A DNA stretch of 31,514 nucleotides, taken from a virus (Duplodnaviria > Caudoviricetes). This document shows, piece by piece, positions 9,831 to 19,774 of the stretch. The number at the start of each line of letters is the position of its first letter. Positions within the stretch are counted from its first letter, which is position 1. The translations under genes were made by a program, and so were the position numbers. The notes beneath the pieces are model-generated. The model was not told the origin of the DNA. It searched no databases and saw only the letters and a program-made list of their open reading frames with translations. The stretch covers positions 1 to 31,514 of IMG/VR virus record IMGVR_UViG_3300012952_000072; one strand, 5' to 3'.

Positions 9831-10582
9831 TATTGAACCTCGTCTAAATTCACCGAGAATTGGTACAGATTATTAGTATTTAAAGAATACTGTTGAATAT
9901 CGTTACTAAGAATTACTTTAATTAAAGGATTCTTAAACACAAAGTCGTCGGCACTAGCTGTAGCTTTTTGAAGTCCGGGAGTAAAGTGGATTCTTGCTTG
10001 TGCAGTACCGGGCTGAGTTGCTGAAGTATTTAAACCATCTGAGTCATACCAGTCTGCATTTGTCTCCACTCTTGTTACTCTGTACGCTTTTAAATGATTA
10101 GAGCTTAGAGAACTTGTAATAGTAAACATATCCCCAGGCTTTGGGTATCCGTGCCCCGAAGGGTTATATCCTGTACGAGCCAAAGTTACAGAAGTCGCAC
10201 CTGCAGCCGCGTTCGCAGTAGCTTCAAGATATGAGTTTGTATTTATATAACCGCTAAAGTTTGTGTCTCTAGGTAGCCTATATTGTGGTAATGATACATA
10301 GAAGGGATTAACACTTCCTCTTCTATGAATTAAAAAATTATAAACCGGTTCGAACTCATCACGAGTCATAGGATTATATGTAATATTTATTTTCCAAGAA
10401 TGATAAGCAATTGCTCTAGAAATAAGACGCCCAGAATTAGTTCTACTCTTAGACACTCTATTCTCAGAGGATAAATTGACACTCGCAAATCCTGGTCCTG
10501 CTGTTCCAGAAGCCTGTCCTGCATCTCCTATTTGATTATTAGGATCTGGTAAAATATCCTGAAAACTAGTAAAAACTGCCAT
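9830..10582 (-). CDS. Distal tail protein (T5 pb9-like Dit)
   Basis: Between TMP and hub; LPDP...PGFASVNL...WKINITYNPMTRDEF motifs. Confidence 0.82.
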   Translation of the reverse strand: MAVFTSFQDILPDPNNQIGDAGQASGTAGPGFASVNLSSENRVSKSRTNSGRLISRAIAYHSWKINITYNPMTRDEFEPVYNFLIHRRGSVNPFYVSLPQYRLPRDTNFSGYINTNSYLEATANAAAGATSVTLARTGYNPSGHGYPKPGDMFTITSSLSSNHLKAYRVTRVETNADWYDSDGLNTSATQPGTAQARIHFTPGLQKATASADDFVFKNPLIKVILSNDIQQYSLNTNNLYQFSVNLDEVQ

Positions 10583-13500
10583 TAGTAACTCCTAACTCCT
10601 CCTGCGGAAGGAGTATAATTTGATGTATCTACCTCCTCCATAAAGGGCTTCCCGTAAGAGTTGGAGGCTTCTCTCAACATTCCAATAATATTTCCTCTTT
10701 GAGAAGTTAGTAGCTCCTCTACTCCTGTCGCATCTACAGTATTTATGTTGAAAGTAACATTTGAATTAGCCATTCCACCTACATCATCATTAGGCACTAT
10801 TCGTCCTGGAACTTCAGGGACAAAAAGCTCGGGACCTTGCTCTCCAACTACATATCCTGCCGTACCGCCCTCTGCTCGATTCTTGTACCCTGAGAATGCT
10901 GGCTTAAATCCTTCTGCTCCTCCTAATCCGGACTGACCTCTTAAATATCCTAATTCTCCACTGGCTGACTTGGTTTTAGCTAAATCTACAGAGGATTGTC
11001 TTTTCCCCACACTAATTTTTGCTGGTTGAGAAACACTTGCTACACCGCCACCGCCTTGATAAGTAGTAGACTTAATCATAGCTAATTGTTTCAGACCCAT
11101 TGCAACAACAAGTGCGGCTGCAGCAGCGCCAAGCGCAGGACCCACAATAGGAATCATCGCCATAGATTGGTAAGCATTCATTGCACCAGTTGGGATTGCT
11201 ATAAGAGTTTGAGCAATCTTCATCTTTTTATCTAGTTCAAAAGCCTTTTTCTTTTCTGCTTCTTTCTTTTTCTCTAAGGCTTTTATTTTTGCTATACTTT
11301 GAGCTGATTTACCGTCTCGTTTCTTTTCGGCGGCTATTTCATTATCAATGCCTTTTATCCTCATATCTGAGGAGGCTTTGGACATGCTTGCAAAAGCACT
11401 TAAGGTAGAGCCTAAAGCGCCTAACCCTGCCATTATCTTTTCGGCTCCGGAAGCAGTTTTACTTCCCATTATATCTATAGCTTCTGACCATGCTGTAGAC
11501 ATCTGAGAAATTCCACCAAGAGTACTACTTAGCAGACCGCCCTCTGGGCCTAGTTTCTTCATATCCTCTGCTAAAGCGTTAAGATTCTGTCTAGCGGTAG
11601 ATACTGTTACCATCGCTGCATTTGCCATAGCACTTGCTAACCGAGCTTCTAGTTCCTCTATTTGTTCTCTATTTTCGTCAGTTTTTGGTCCCAACTCAGC
11701 TATGGCGTTTTCTAATGATTCGACTTCTTCTCTAGCGGCTGCTCTTTCAGTCGCTGACTTACCCATTTGAGCTATACTAGCCCCGAGGAATCCTCCGGAA
11801 GCTTGACCAATAGCATCAAACTGTGCTTTTCTTTGAGATACTTCTAATGCTTTCTTTTGTACTTCTAATAACTCTACTTCATTTTCAATCTTCTTTCTGT
11901 CTACTTCATTTAGCTTTGTTTTAAGAGCTAATGCTTTTTCGTCTAACTGATTTTGTATTTCTTGAACGGCATTTCTTTCGTCCATTTTCTGCTTAGCCAT
12001 ACCTGAAAACATTACAGATTTTGCTTGTTCTAAAGTTAAAAGTCTTTGGTTTAATGCTAGCTTATTTAATTGGTCTAAAAATACATTTGCATCCACATCA
12101 GGTCCAAGAACCTCTTTAAACTTCGCTAGCATTTCATTTGCTTTAGCTGATTGTCCGAGTTTTTCAAAGCTGGAGGCTGATGCAGTAGCCTCTCTCTTTA
12201 AGTCGCTTAAATTCTTTATAGACGTTATTATATCTCCACCTGCAACAGATTCTGCAAGCGAGTTCTGAATTTCACTAGCTCCGTCAGTAAATGCTTCCAT
12301 TGAAGCAATAGCATCCCGTGCCACGGCTTCATAATCTGCTAATTTCTGAGTGGCGCCAGGAGTAGCATTTTTAATAAGATCAAAATATTCTTGGCTAACT
12401 TTACCTGTGCCAACTAGTTCTTCTTGTAATAATTGAAGGGCCTTTTTCCTATCTTCTTGATTCATTACAAATTCAGTTGTTGTTTTCCTATTTTCACCGA
12501 ATCCAGAAGTAACTTGAGTAGTTTGATTTATTTTATTTATTTTATCGGAAATACCTAAACTTCCTATAGCTCTTGCTATCTTTTCTCCTTTCTTGGCGGC
12601 ATCGGTCTCATTTTCTATACCTTCAACAATACCATCAAGACTCTTTCTTGTTTCCTCCATACTTGTTTTAAAGTTATCATGAGCCTCTTGTGATCTAAGA
12701 ATAGCTTGTCGCTGATCTTCCCATCCAGTAAGACTTTCCATTACACCGCCTAACAAACCATTTGGTCCAAGAGAGTCTGTAACTAAAGTTACTTCTTCTT
12801 CTAGACCTTTATAAGTTTCGGCCAAATCAGAAGCTGCTGCTCTTGATTCATCCATACCCTCAAAGCTTCCTGCTAAATCACTTCTAAACTTAACTAATCC
12901 GAAATCTTTTCCTGTGAAAGTGTTAACTGCGCGAATAAAACTATTGATCTTGGATATAATACCATTAAGAAGGTCATCCATGGATTGAAAAATGGCTCTA
13001 ACCATGCCATTTATTCCTTTCTTAATGCCAACAACCATCGAATCCCAGCCATCAATTAAGAAGTCAACCGCTCCAAGCCACTTTTTAACTAACCAGTTTA
13101 TTATCTTTGCCGAGATACTCATGGTTCCGTCTAAGAAACCTGCGATTGCTCTCATAGCACTTGCAGGAGCATTTACAAGAGACATAATTGCTTCTTTTAT
13201 AAGAACAATAGTTCCTATAACTCCTGCAAATTTCATTGCAGCATTTATACCTTTACCCATAACTGCTGCAGCTTTTGCTGCAAACAAGAAGCCTCTAGTA
13301 CCTAGAGCGCGTATTTGTACCATATAAGATTTGGTTGTAAGAGATATTTTCTTAAACTGCAAGCCCACTCTAGTAAAGAAACCAGTAGATCTTTGTTCCA
13401 TTTGATCAAAGGATTGAGTCATGCTTCTAACTAGTGATATATTGACGCCTTTAAATGTGCGCTTTAAGATCTCACCATGTTGTTGATACTGAGCCTCGGC

Positions 13501-14697
13501 ATCCTTTAACATCTTTCTTAACTGCCCTTTCTGTTGCGGAGTTAATTCATGGCCTTTAGCAACTTTCTGCAGTATCTTACTACTGGCTGCAATTTCGCCT
13601 TCTTTAATAATTTTTCTAGCGTTTGATTTTGCGTTTCTAGCTCCTGTTTCAGCTAACTTTTGGTTTGCTCGTTCTGTTTCTTCTCCAAAGGCTTTTACAG
13701 CATTTTTTGCTTTTTGAATTTTCTCTGCTGACTTATCCCCTATTTCATCAAGCTTTTCTTGCATAGAATCCAAAGGAAGAGCTGCCTTTGCAATAGATAT
13801 CGCAACCATACCAAAAGCTGCTAAAGCTGCAGCACCACTACGGTTTATAATATTAGCTATGCCCTCAAATATAGGTAAAATATATTGAGTAGCATTTTTA
13901 ATTAAGTCTTCTAAGGTTTTACTGAGTTTAACGAAAGGATTGGTAGCCCCTTCAACACCCCCGAATAAATCATTTAATTGTTTCTGTGTTTCAATTAAAA
14001 CGGCTTGGCTTCTTTGAGTAGCAGTAAGTTCATCTCTATTTTTTCCAATTGCTCTCGCATAATCTTCCGTAGCCTTTTCTAGTCGTAAGGTAATACCTAA
14101 TTCGTCTAAAAGTTCTGGTTCTGCTTTTGAAGCACCTCTAATCAGTCTATCGAAAGAGTCCTCAAAGTCTCTTCCTAAAGCTGTTGAAGCTTTTCTAGCT
14201 CCTTCTGCTAAATCATTAAGCTGTTTTGGAGAGAATCCTTTTGCCATACCAATAGCTGCCGCCTGGCTAGCTGCTTGGAATCCGAGCAGACCATCACTAG
14301 CCTCTCGCAACTCCTGGGTTACAACGCCTAGAGCAGTACCTGTATTCTGAGCAAAGTCGACTTGAGATTTTTCTAGAATTTTAACATCTGCGGCATTTTT
14401 CAAAAACTGATAAGCAGCAGAAAGGGCAAATATATTAGAAGCTAAAACCGCATACGCAGGCACAAGACCAGCTCCCACTGTCTGAGCTTGTTTTGCGAAC
14501 GCTTTTGTGCTATTAGCAGTTAGTTGAGCCGCACCTTTTTCAAGTTTATTATGGCGATTACGGCTCCTACTTGCTCGTTCGGAGGATTGGGCTACGTTCT
14601 CTACTTCTTTTGCTGCTTTTTTTGCTTTTTTCGCAACAATATCTAAAGATCCGTCATCTCCGATTTTAAGAGTTAGCTTAACTTCATTTGCTGCCAC
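10582..14697 (-). CDS. Tape measure protein (T5 pb2-like), 1371 aa
   Basis: Ala/Lys/Glu-rich helical protein; GASKAEPELLDELGI motif, hydrophobic segments, C-terminal VGEQGPELFVP; GTG start. Confidence 0.92.
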   Translation of the reverse strand: MAANEVKLTLKIGDDGSLDIVAKKAKKAAKEVENVAQSSERASRSRNRHNKLEKGAAQLTANSTKAFAKQAQTVGAGLVPAYAVLASNIFALSAAYQFLKNAADVKILEKSQVDFAQNTGTALGVVTQELREASDGLLGFQAASQAAAIGMAKGFSPKQLNDLAEGARKASTALGRDFEDSFDRLIRGASKAEPELLDELGITLRLEKATEDYARAIGKNRDELTATQRSQAVLIETQKQLNDLFGGVEGATNPFVKLSKTLEDLIKNATQYILPIFEGIANIINRSGAAALAAFGMVAISIAKAALPLDSMQEKLDEIGDKSAEKIQKAKNAVKAFGEETERANQKLAETGARNAKSNARKIIKEGEIAASSKILQKVAKGHELTPQQKGQLRKMLKDAEAQYQQHGEILKRTFKGVNISLVRSMTQSFDQMEQRSTGFFTRVGLQFKKISLTTKSYMVQIRALGTRGFLFAAKAAAVMGKGINAAMKFAGVIGTIVLIKEAIMSLVNAPASAMRAIAGFLDGTMSISAKIINWLVKKWLGAVDFLIDGWDSMVVGIKKGINGMVRAIFQSMDDLLNGIISKINSFIRAVNTFTGKDFGLVKFRSDLAGSFEGMDESRAAASDLAETYKGLEEEVTLVTDSLGPNGLLGGVMESLTGWEDQRQAILRSQEAHDNFKTSMEETRKSLDGIVEGIENETDAAKKGEKIARAIGSLGISDKINKINQTTQVTSGFGENRKTTTEFVMNQEDRKKALQLLQEELVGTGKVSQEYFDLIKNATPGATQKLADYEAVARDAIASMEAFTDGASEIQNSLAESVAGGDIITSIKNLSDLKREATASASSFEKLGQSAKANEMLAKFKEVLGPDVDANVFLDQLNKLALNQRLLTLEQAKSVMFSGMAKQKMDERNAVQEIQNQLDEKALALKTKLNEVDRKKIENEVELLEVQKKALEVSQRKAQFDAIGQASGGFLGASIAQMGKSATERAAAREEVESLENAIAELGPKTDENREQIEELEARLASAMANAAMVTVSTARQNLNALAEDMKKLGPEGGLLSSTLGGISQMSTAWSEAIDIMGSKTASGAEKIMAGLGALGSTLSAFASMSKASSDMRIKGIDNEIAAEKKRDGKSAQSIAKIKALEKKKEAEKKKAFELDKKMKIAQTLIAIPTGAMNAYQSMAMIPIVGPALGAAAAALVVAMGLKQLAMIKSTTYQGGGGVASVSQPAKISVGKRQSSVDLAKTKSASGELGYLRGQSGLGGAEGFKPAFSGYKNRAEGGTAGYVVGEQGPELFVPEVPGRIVPNDDVGGMANSNVTFNINTVDATGVEELLTSQRGNIIGMLREASNSYGKPFMEEVDTSNYTPSAGGVRSY

Positions 14698-15082
14698 TAT
14701 TTTTTCTCTTTAGCTTATCATATTCTCTCTTTAAATGCTCTTGAGATTTTTTGATAGCTCTTGAGTCTAACCAAGATAATAATTCCATAAAAAATAACTT
14801 ATCTTGAATATCAAACAATTCTATAAAATGATTTAAGTTTGTATAGTCCTTTCCTACATATCCAACATCTGGGTACATCCTATCCCCTAGCATATTGAAA
14901 GTATTTAAGGCATCTAATACTATTTCCGGAAAGTCCTCCCAGTCCGGAGGAATTTCTTCTTCTACAGGCTCTTTGCCTAGTTGATCCATCATCTCGAGGT
15001 ATTTATCCCGAGTCATTCCTGTGTCATGATTCTGATGTAGCTTTTCCAGTCTTTTTAGGACTTGGGCTCTTTGGTCCTCCAC
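14684..15082 (-). CDS. Tail assembly chaperone, downstream (T-like) part; probably expressed by +1 frameshift
   Basis: Overlaps upstream chaperone by 59 nt in the +1 frame; no SD before the GTG; immediately precedes TMP. Confidence 0.75.
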   Translation of the reverse strand: MEDQRAQVLKRLEKLHQNHDTGMTRDKYLEMMDQLGKEPVEEEIPPDWEDFPEIVLDALNTFNMLGDRMYPDVGYVGKDYTNLNHFIELFDIQDKLFFMELLSWLDSRAIKKSQEHLKREYDKLKRKNSGSK

Positions 15083-15476
15083 GAAAGTTATCTAAATCAA
15101 AGACTACCTCGTTGAGCCACGTATCAAATTCACTAGAATTAGTAACTAAAACTTCTGCATTGTCCCCACTATATTCTATTTTTGCATCAGGATCTTGTCC
15201 TTCGCTATTAATTAGGATAAGGGTTTCTAAATGTGATACGGTTAACCCTCTCCAGTTTTTTACACTTGCTTGAGCGAATTCACTTACGAATTTATCCTCA
15301 TCAATTTCTTCTGTCAGCTGTCGTGACTTTCTATCAAACTTTTGTGTAGTACATCTCTTTCTTAACGATGTTAATTCCTTTCGCGATAAGTTCGCTACTT
15401 CTACGGAGAACCCGTCTAGGCCGGGAAATTCCATCCATACGGATTTGGAATCGACCATTAGTTTCTTTAGCTCCAT
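15024..15476 (-). CDS. Tail assembly chaperone (G-like)
   Basis: GGAGG SD; position between p140-like gene and TMP; ends VFDLDNFR followed by a low-complexity tail. Confidence 0.82.
   Translation of the reverse strand: MELKKLMVDSKSVWMEFPGLDGFSVEVANLSRKELTSLRKRCTTQKFDRKSRQLTEEIDEDKFVSEFAQASVKNWRGLTVSHLETLILINSEGQDPDAKIEYSGDNAEVLVTNSSEFDTWLNEVVFDLDNFRGGPKSPSPKKTGKATSES
15081..15089 (-). other. Candidate +1 programmed frameshift site AAC-UUU-CGU
   Basis: A UUU to UUC slip keeps tRNA-Phe paired and enters the 14684..15082 frame. That frame has a TAG three codons before the UUC. Confidence 0.65.
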
Positions 15477-15487
15477 GAATGACCTCC

Positions 15488-16375
15488 TTAGTCAGTTTCA
15501 TATTTAAGTATATTTGAAAGTGTAGAATTATCAGTAAGTCTCCACTCATAGCTTTGAATAAATACATTCTGAGTATTCATTCTATTAGTATAAGAACAAG
15601 TTGCAGGACCAAAAGAAAATCCTCTAAAGTTTGATCCTGATAAACCATTTCCTGCTTTAATTGTTAAACTAGCAGCAGTGTCCCATGTTTGCGCACTAGT
15701 TGAATTAGTGCTATGCAAATATTGAGAAATTGAACCAGAGAGTATTTTCTTTCCAATTACGAAAGACGAAGGGTACATTGAGGTGGAGGCCGAAGTAGCT
15801 GATAGCGCACCATTTATGGTCGTATATGGAGTCCATTGGACTTCATTTTGTAACTCCATTGTAGCGCTGACAATATCCGTTAGTGAAGAACCTGCAAGAG
15901 TAATCTCTACTTTTGGATTTATTGTATATGATTTTGTTGCAGCTCTATTTTGTAACGATCCAGTTAAAGTCGCATTTCTTGTCAACTTTGCAGCTTGCCC
16001 ACTTATACCAATACTCAGGGGTTGTGATTTCTCAATTACAAACTCACCATTTGTTATTACACAAGTTTCAAGCTTAAAAGTATCTGTCTCTGTTTTTACA
16101 AAAAGATCAAAACTACTGCCATTAATTAAAAGTGTTTCTATTACTGTATAGTCGCTCTCTACTATAGCAGGAGTGTTAAAAGAAAAATTAGCTTGACCAG
16201 CACTATTTATTACGCTCCCTTCAAAAACATTAGACTGTGCATGTAATGTTTTTACTGGGTAACTTTCCTCACGAAAAGTTTGGTTAAAGCTAACATCGGC
16301 AATATCTATACTATAGCGATTGCCTCCGGTCACTATGAATAGTTGTGCTTCTCTTTTAAAGTTATAGGTAGCCAT
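15488..16375 (-). CDS. Minor tail / baseplate tube protein (T5 p140-like)
   Basis: 295 aa paralogue of the tube protein (YNFKREAQLFI vs LYFSRDSKMWI; SFNQT vs SFSQA); T5 synteny. Confidence 0.8.
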   Translation of the reverse strand: MATYNFKREAQLFIVTGGNRYSIDIADVSFNQTFREESYPVKTLHAQSNVFEGSVINSAGQANFSFNTPAIVESDYTVIETLLINGSSFDLFVKTETDTFKLETCVITNGEFVIEKSQPLSIGISGQAAKLTRNATLTGSLQNRAATKSYTINPKVEITLAGSSLTDIVSATMELQNEVQWTPYTTINGALSATSASTSMYPSSFVIGKKILSGSISQYLHSTNSTSAQTWDTAASLTIKAGNGLSGSNFRGFSFGPATCSYTNRMNTQNVFIQSYEWRLTDNSTLSNILKYETD

Positions 16376-16422
16376 ATTTTTACTCTACGAGAAGTCTTTT
16401 TCTCACTTTTAATCTACCGTAC

Positions 16423-16463
16423 ATTATAAAGCACAAGAGGACAAAAGTCAAGAATTATTTTTT
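16423..16463 (-). promoter_or_regulatory. sigma70-type promoter for tail-tip operon
   Basis: AAAAAATAATTC-TTGACT(16451-16446)-17 nt-TATAAT(16428-16423). Confidence 0.88.
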
Positions 16464-16474
16464 ATAGGTATAAG

Positions 16475-16498
16475 AAAAAAGGGGCCGAAGCCCCTTTT
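16475..16498 (-). terminator. Intrinsic terminator after tail tube gene
   Basis: AAAAGGGGC-TTCG-GCCCCTTTTTT. Confidence 0.92.
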
Positions 16499-16516
16499 CC
16501 CTCGATTTTTATAAGA

Positions 16517-17836
16517 TTATGAAACCTTATATGTTGCAGTTATTTCGTCTGCAGCATCGATAGTTGCTGGCAATGCCATAAAGTTAGTTTCTAGTGAAAT
16601 TACATCTTCGATTGAATGAGTAGGCACCTCTATGTGACACTGTCCCATAGCAATCTCTAGTCTCTTGCCGGTAGTGGCTCCTCCAATCTTGAATACAAGA
16701 TTGAATTTATTTGTAGTAACATTGGTAATTGCTCTTAAATCTTCGAAAAGATCCAAAGAAGCTCCAGTACTAGCACTATCCTTCACAAGATAACAAGTAA
16801 AAGACCCTGAAACAGTTCTTGTACCGGTTACATGTCCGATCGGTACGTTTACAGTTCCTAATTCTTCCGGAGTAATGTAAGTATTATTGTTAGTAATAGT
16901 TATATTGCCTCCAGTAAGAGTTAAGTCGTAAGAAGCATTCAGCTCATTAGACCCATCTCCATCGGGATCTCGTGCATCATTACTACCAATAGCAGCAGGT
17001 GCTGCTGTTAGTACTGTTAGTCGATTACGAATAAAGTTTGTAGTATCGAGTACGCCTTCCCTAATAACAGGAGTATGGCTAGCTCCACTTCCTGCCGTTG
17101 TTACTTTTAAGCAGTTAGAATCGTTGGTGTCTATCCATACATCTCCGACAGCAGAACCAGTACCACTTGTTATAGCGCTATCTGAAAAGCCAACACTAGC
17201 TGTATAATCAACTACTTCATTACAATTACCTGACCAGTTAATTGTTGCGATACCATCAATATCAAAATCAATAGACGCTTCATTTGCTGTAGCTCCTACC
17301 AATTTCATAACTCTAGAGGTATTACCTGACGCAGCCGGAGTACCTAATACAAAATAAATATTAAAAGTACCCAAAGTAGAACTATTGGATCCTGCAAAAG
17401 AAACTGCATTTTGTGCACCTGCAGGAACAGTAACCGCTACAGGAGTACTTGCTCCATTATCAAAAGCATGAATTGTACCTCCAGCAGTATTGTAGTCTTT
17501 AGCTCCTGCTAATGCCGCGAATAAAACTTCTTCTACTGCGTGCACTTCAGCTGCAGCATCTGCATCTCTATTAGTGCCTGCGTATCCATTACCCGCAGAT
17601 ATAAAAGGTCTTATATATGTGGAAAAAGACCATTCGCCAGGGGCTAGGGAGTCATTGAACGCACGACGACCCCTTCTACTAACTCCTGCGGAGCTTTCCA
17701 TTTCCGCTAGAGTTATTTCAGAAGAGTTCGTAGCCTGAGAAAAGCTAAACCCGTCTAGTACAGGAACTTCCCACACAATACCGTCAAACTCAATCCACAT
17801 CTTCGAGTCGCGGCTAAAATATAATGTTTGTGCCAT
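16517..17836 (-). CDS. Major tail tube protein (T5 pb6-like)
   Basis: AGGAG SD; WEVPVLDGFSFSQATNSSEITL, FNDSLAPGEWSFSTYIRP and YITPEELGTVNVPIGHVTGTR motifs. Confidence 0.9.
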   Translation of the reverse strand: MAQTLYFSRDSKMWIEFDGIVWEVPVLDGFSFSQATNSSEITLAEMESSAGVSRRGRRAFNDSLAPGEWSFSTYIRPFISAGNGYAGTNRDADAAAEVHAVEEVLFAALAGAKDYNTAGGTIHAFDNGASTPVAVTVPAGAQNAVSFAGSNSSTLGTFNIYFVLGTPAASGNTSRVMKLVGATANEASIDFDIDGIATINWSGNCNEVVDYTASVGFSDSAITSGTGSAVGDVWIDTNDSNCLKVTTAGSGASHTPVIREGVLDTTNFIRNRLTVLTAAPAAIGSNDARDPDGDGSNELNASYDLTLTGGNITITNNNTYITPEELGTVNVPIGHVTGTRTVSGSFTCYLVKDSASTGASLDLFEDLRAITNVTTNKFNLVFKIGGATTGKRLEIAMGQCHIEVPTHSIEDVISLETNFMALPATIDAADEITATYKVS

Positions 17837-17897
17837 AGTTTTCTCCTATGAAACTTGAAAAGACTTGGACGTGAACGTTTGTTCGTGCCAGTATTTT

Positions 17898-18350
17898 CTA
17901 ATAACGAACCTCAATTAGGATCTCTCCCACACCATAAGGTTCGAGTACTCCCTCATCAGTATCAATACTAATGATGGAAATTTGTTGTAAGTTATATATC
18001 TGATTTTGCTTATCTGTGTACTGAAGTTGGCTGCTATTCTCAAGTACCGTTTCAATATCTTCCATTAAAGCATTTAATGCCATCTGAGCATCTTCTTCAT
18101 TTACATAACATCTAAGAGTAACGGAAAGGAATCTATCTTTATAGCCCCCTCCTTGATACTCTCTTGTTTCAGATCCTGCGTTCAAATGAACTGCTGGAAA
18201 ATCCTCTACTTCGTCCCAGAACATTAGTCGAGCAGAAACATTATTATTAAGGTCAGTCAAAAATTGACCCGCCCCATTTATCTTTTTTAACTCTGTGGCT
18301 AACGCTTCGATAATATTTGCGCGTTTAGATACATAATCTCTTGTTGCCAC
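17898..18350 (-). CDS. Tail terminator protein (T5 p142-like)
   Basis: 150 aa acidic protein; FWDEVEDFPAV and SIDTDEGVLEPYGVGEI motifs; precedes tube gene. Confidence 0.85.
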   Translation of the reverse strand: MATRDYVSKRANIIEALATELKKINGAGQFLTDLNNNVSARLMFWDEVEDFPAVHLNAGSETREYQGGGYKDRFLSVTLRCYVNEEDAQMALNALMEDIETVLENSSQLQYTDKQNQIYNLQQISIISIDTDEGVLEPYGVGEILIEVRY

Positions 18351-19774
18351 TATTCTCTCCTAGTATATATTCTTCCTAAGAAATATGTTGCCATTATTTC
18401 TCTAATAGATCGGTCTATTAGAGGCCTAGGGTCTCGTTCTATATCAGAAAATCTGGTTCCACTTGTGCTTTCAAATACTTGGTAAGGATTTTTCTGATAA
18501 GTATATCCTATACTTGGAAATCCTTGCTTTGTTTGAATCATATCTACAGCTCTGACACTTCCTGCGAACCTTCCTGATCTATTCTCTAATCTAGGAGCTC
18601 CCATATTAGTTGCCACGGTATCCGGTAATCGTGCATTTAGTACTGCTAGTATATTAGCCAAAGAAGCAGTACTTTGAGTAGCCCTAGTTTTACGAGGAGC
18701 TTTCACACTTTTCTGTTTAGTATGCTTTCTTACTCCCTTTGTTGCTTTTGCACCAGCATTACTTGATTTTGCCTCTCCTTTAGTTTTAAAACTTATCTTT
18801 CTTGGGTCAATTTTCTTATCTATTTTAATCTTTTTATTTTTATAAGTAATATTTAATACGGGCGCAATCGTTCTTGCTATAACCTTATCTCTTACTGAGG
18901 AAGAGCCTTCTAAATCTGTTAACGCTTGAGAGCCTATTTCATCAAAAAACTTACGAGTAATTCGTAGTATTTCTTTATCTCTAGCTGCCTCTGTACCCCT
19001 ATTTTCATACTTATTCTGGTATACTATATAAGGAACATATTTTGCACTTAACCCAACTGTTTTAGTAACATTAGAATCATAATTAACAACTACAGTCTTA
19101 ATTTCAGTCCCTATCTGAGGGTCAATGTCTCCTGTTTTTATAGCATTGTCAATATATCCAGCAAAATCTGAAGTTATCTGTGCCATAACTTCAGGATCAT
19201 TAACTGCAGAGTCTAATTGTTTCAAACCTCCTTGTAGCGTAAGATTAGAAACAGCAGATCCTTTACCTCCTCCATGTCCTCTATCTACGGCAGCTTTAAG
19301 TCTTTTTAAATCTTCTTCTTTTCCGGTAACAACCGCATCAATAATCTTTCCTTTAAGACTTCTTAAAGAACCAAAACTTGCAACAATAAAACATTTTCCA
19401 CCTTTAATTTTCTTCCATGTTTTAGGATCAGCATCTTTTATCTGTCGTCCAACCAAAGTGTTCTCTACATCTTTTCCGCCTTTGGTATGAAAATAGTTTC
19501 TAGCAACCCATAGACTTTGCCTTTTTGCTGCTAAGTCTCTTGCTATTTTTAAGTATCTAGCATCGTTACTAAACTTTAAAGATCCTTCTAACTTATCTCC
19601 ATGCCTTGTATTTATTTCTCTTATAGCTTCTTTTATGAAGTTTAAGTTTTCTAAAAACAAAACTTGAGGCCTGCCTGATCTTTGTGCAGACCTTCTCATC
19701 TTCTTGACTTCCTCTGCGCTAATTGCGCTTAGAAGTTTATCAGATAACTTTTTTCTAACATTCTGTCTTGACAT
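18350..19774 (-). CDS. Tail completion/neck protein (T5 p143-like), N-terminally extended and basic
   Basis: C-terminal LENRSGRFAGSV...YTYQKNPYQVFE...RDPRPLIDRSIREI; synteny. Confidence 0.72.
   Translation of the reverse strand: MSRQNVRKKLSDKLLSAISAEEVKKMRRSAQRSGRPQVLFLENLNFIKEAIREINTRHGDKLEGSLKFSNDARYLKIARDLAAKRQSLWVARNYFHTKGGKDVENTLVGRQIKDADPKTWKKIKGGKCFIVASFGSLRSLKGKIIDAVVTGKEEDLKRLKAAVDRGHGGGKGSAVSNLTLQGGLKQLDSAVNDPEVMAQITSDFAGYIDNAIKTGDIDPQIGTEIKTVVVNYDSNVTKTVGLSAKYVPYIVYQNKYENRGTEAARDKEILRITRKFFDEIGSQALTDLEGSSSVRDKVIARTIAPVLNITYKNKKIKIDKKIDPRKISFKTKGEAKSSNAGAKATKGVRKHTKQKSVKAPRKTRATQSTASLANILAVLNARLPDTVATNMGAPRLENRSGRFAGSVRAVDMIQTKQGFPSIGYTYQKNPYQVFESTSGTRFSDIERDPRPLIDRSIREIMATYFLGRIYTRRE

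Noticed and set aside
15024-15082. Canonical -1 slippery site in the chaperone overlap
   Set aside because: The downstream ORF is in the +1 frame and no in-frame X XXY YYZ heptamer was found.
15334-15567. Alternate-frame minus ORF spanning the p140/TAC junction
   Set aside because: Overlaps two real genes and has no motif or SD support.
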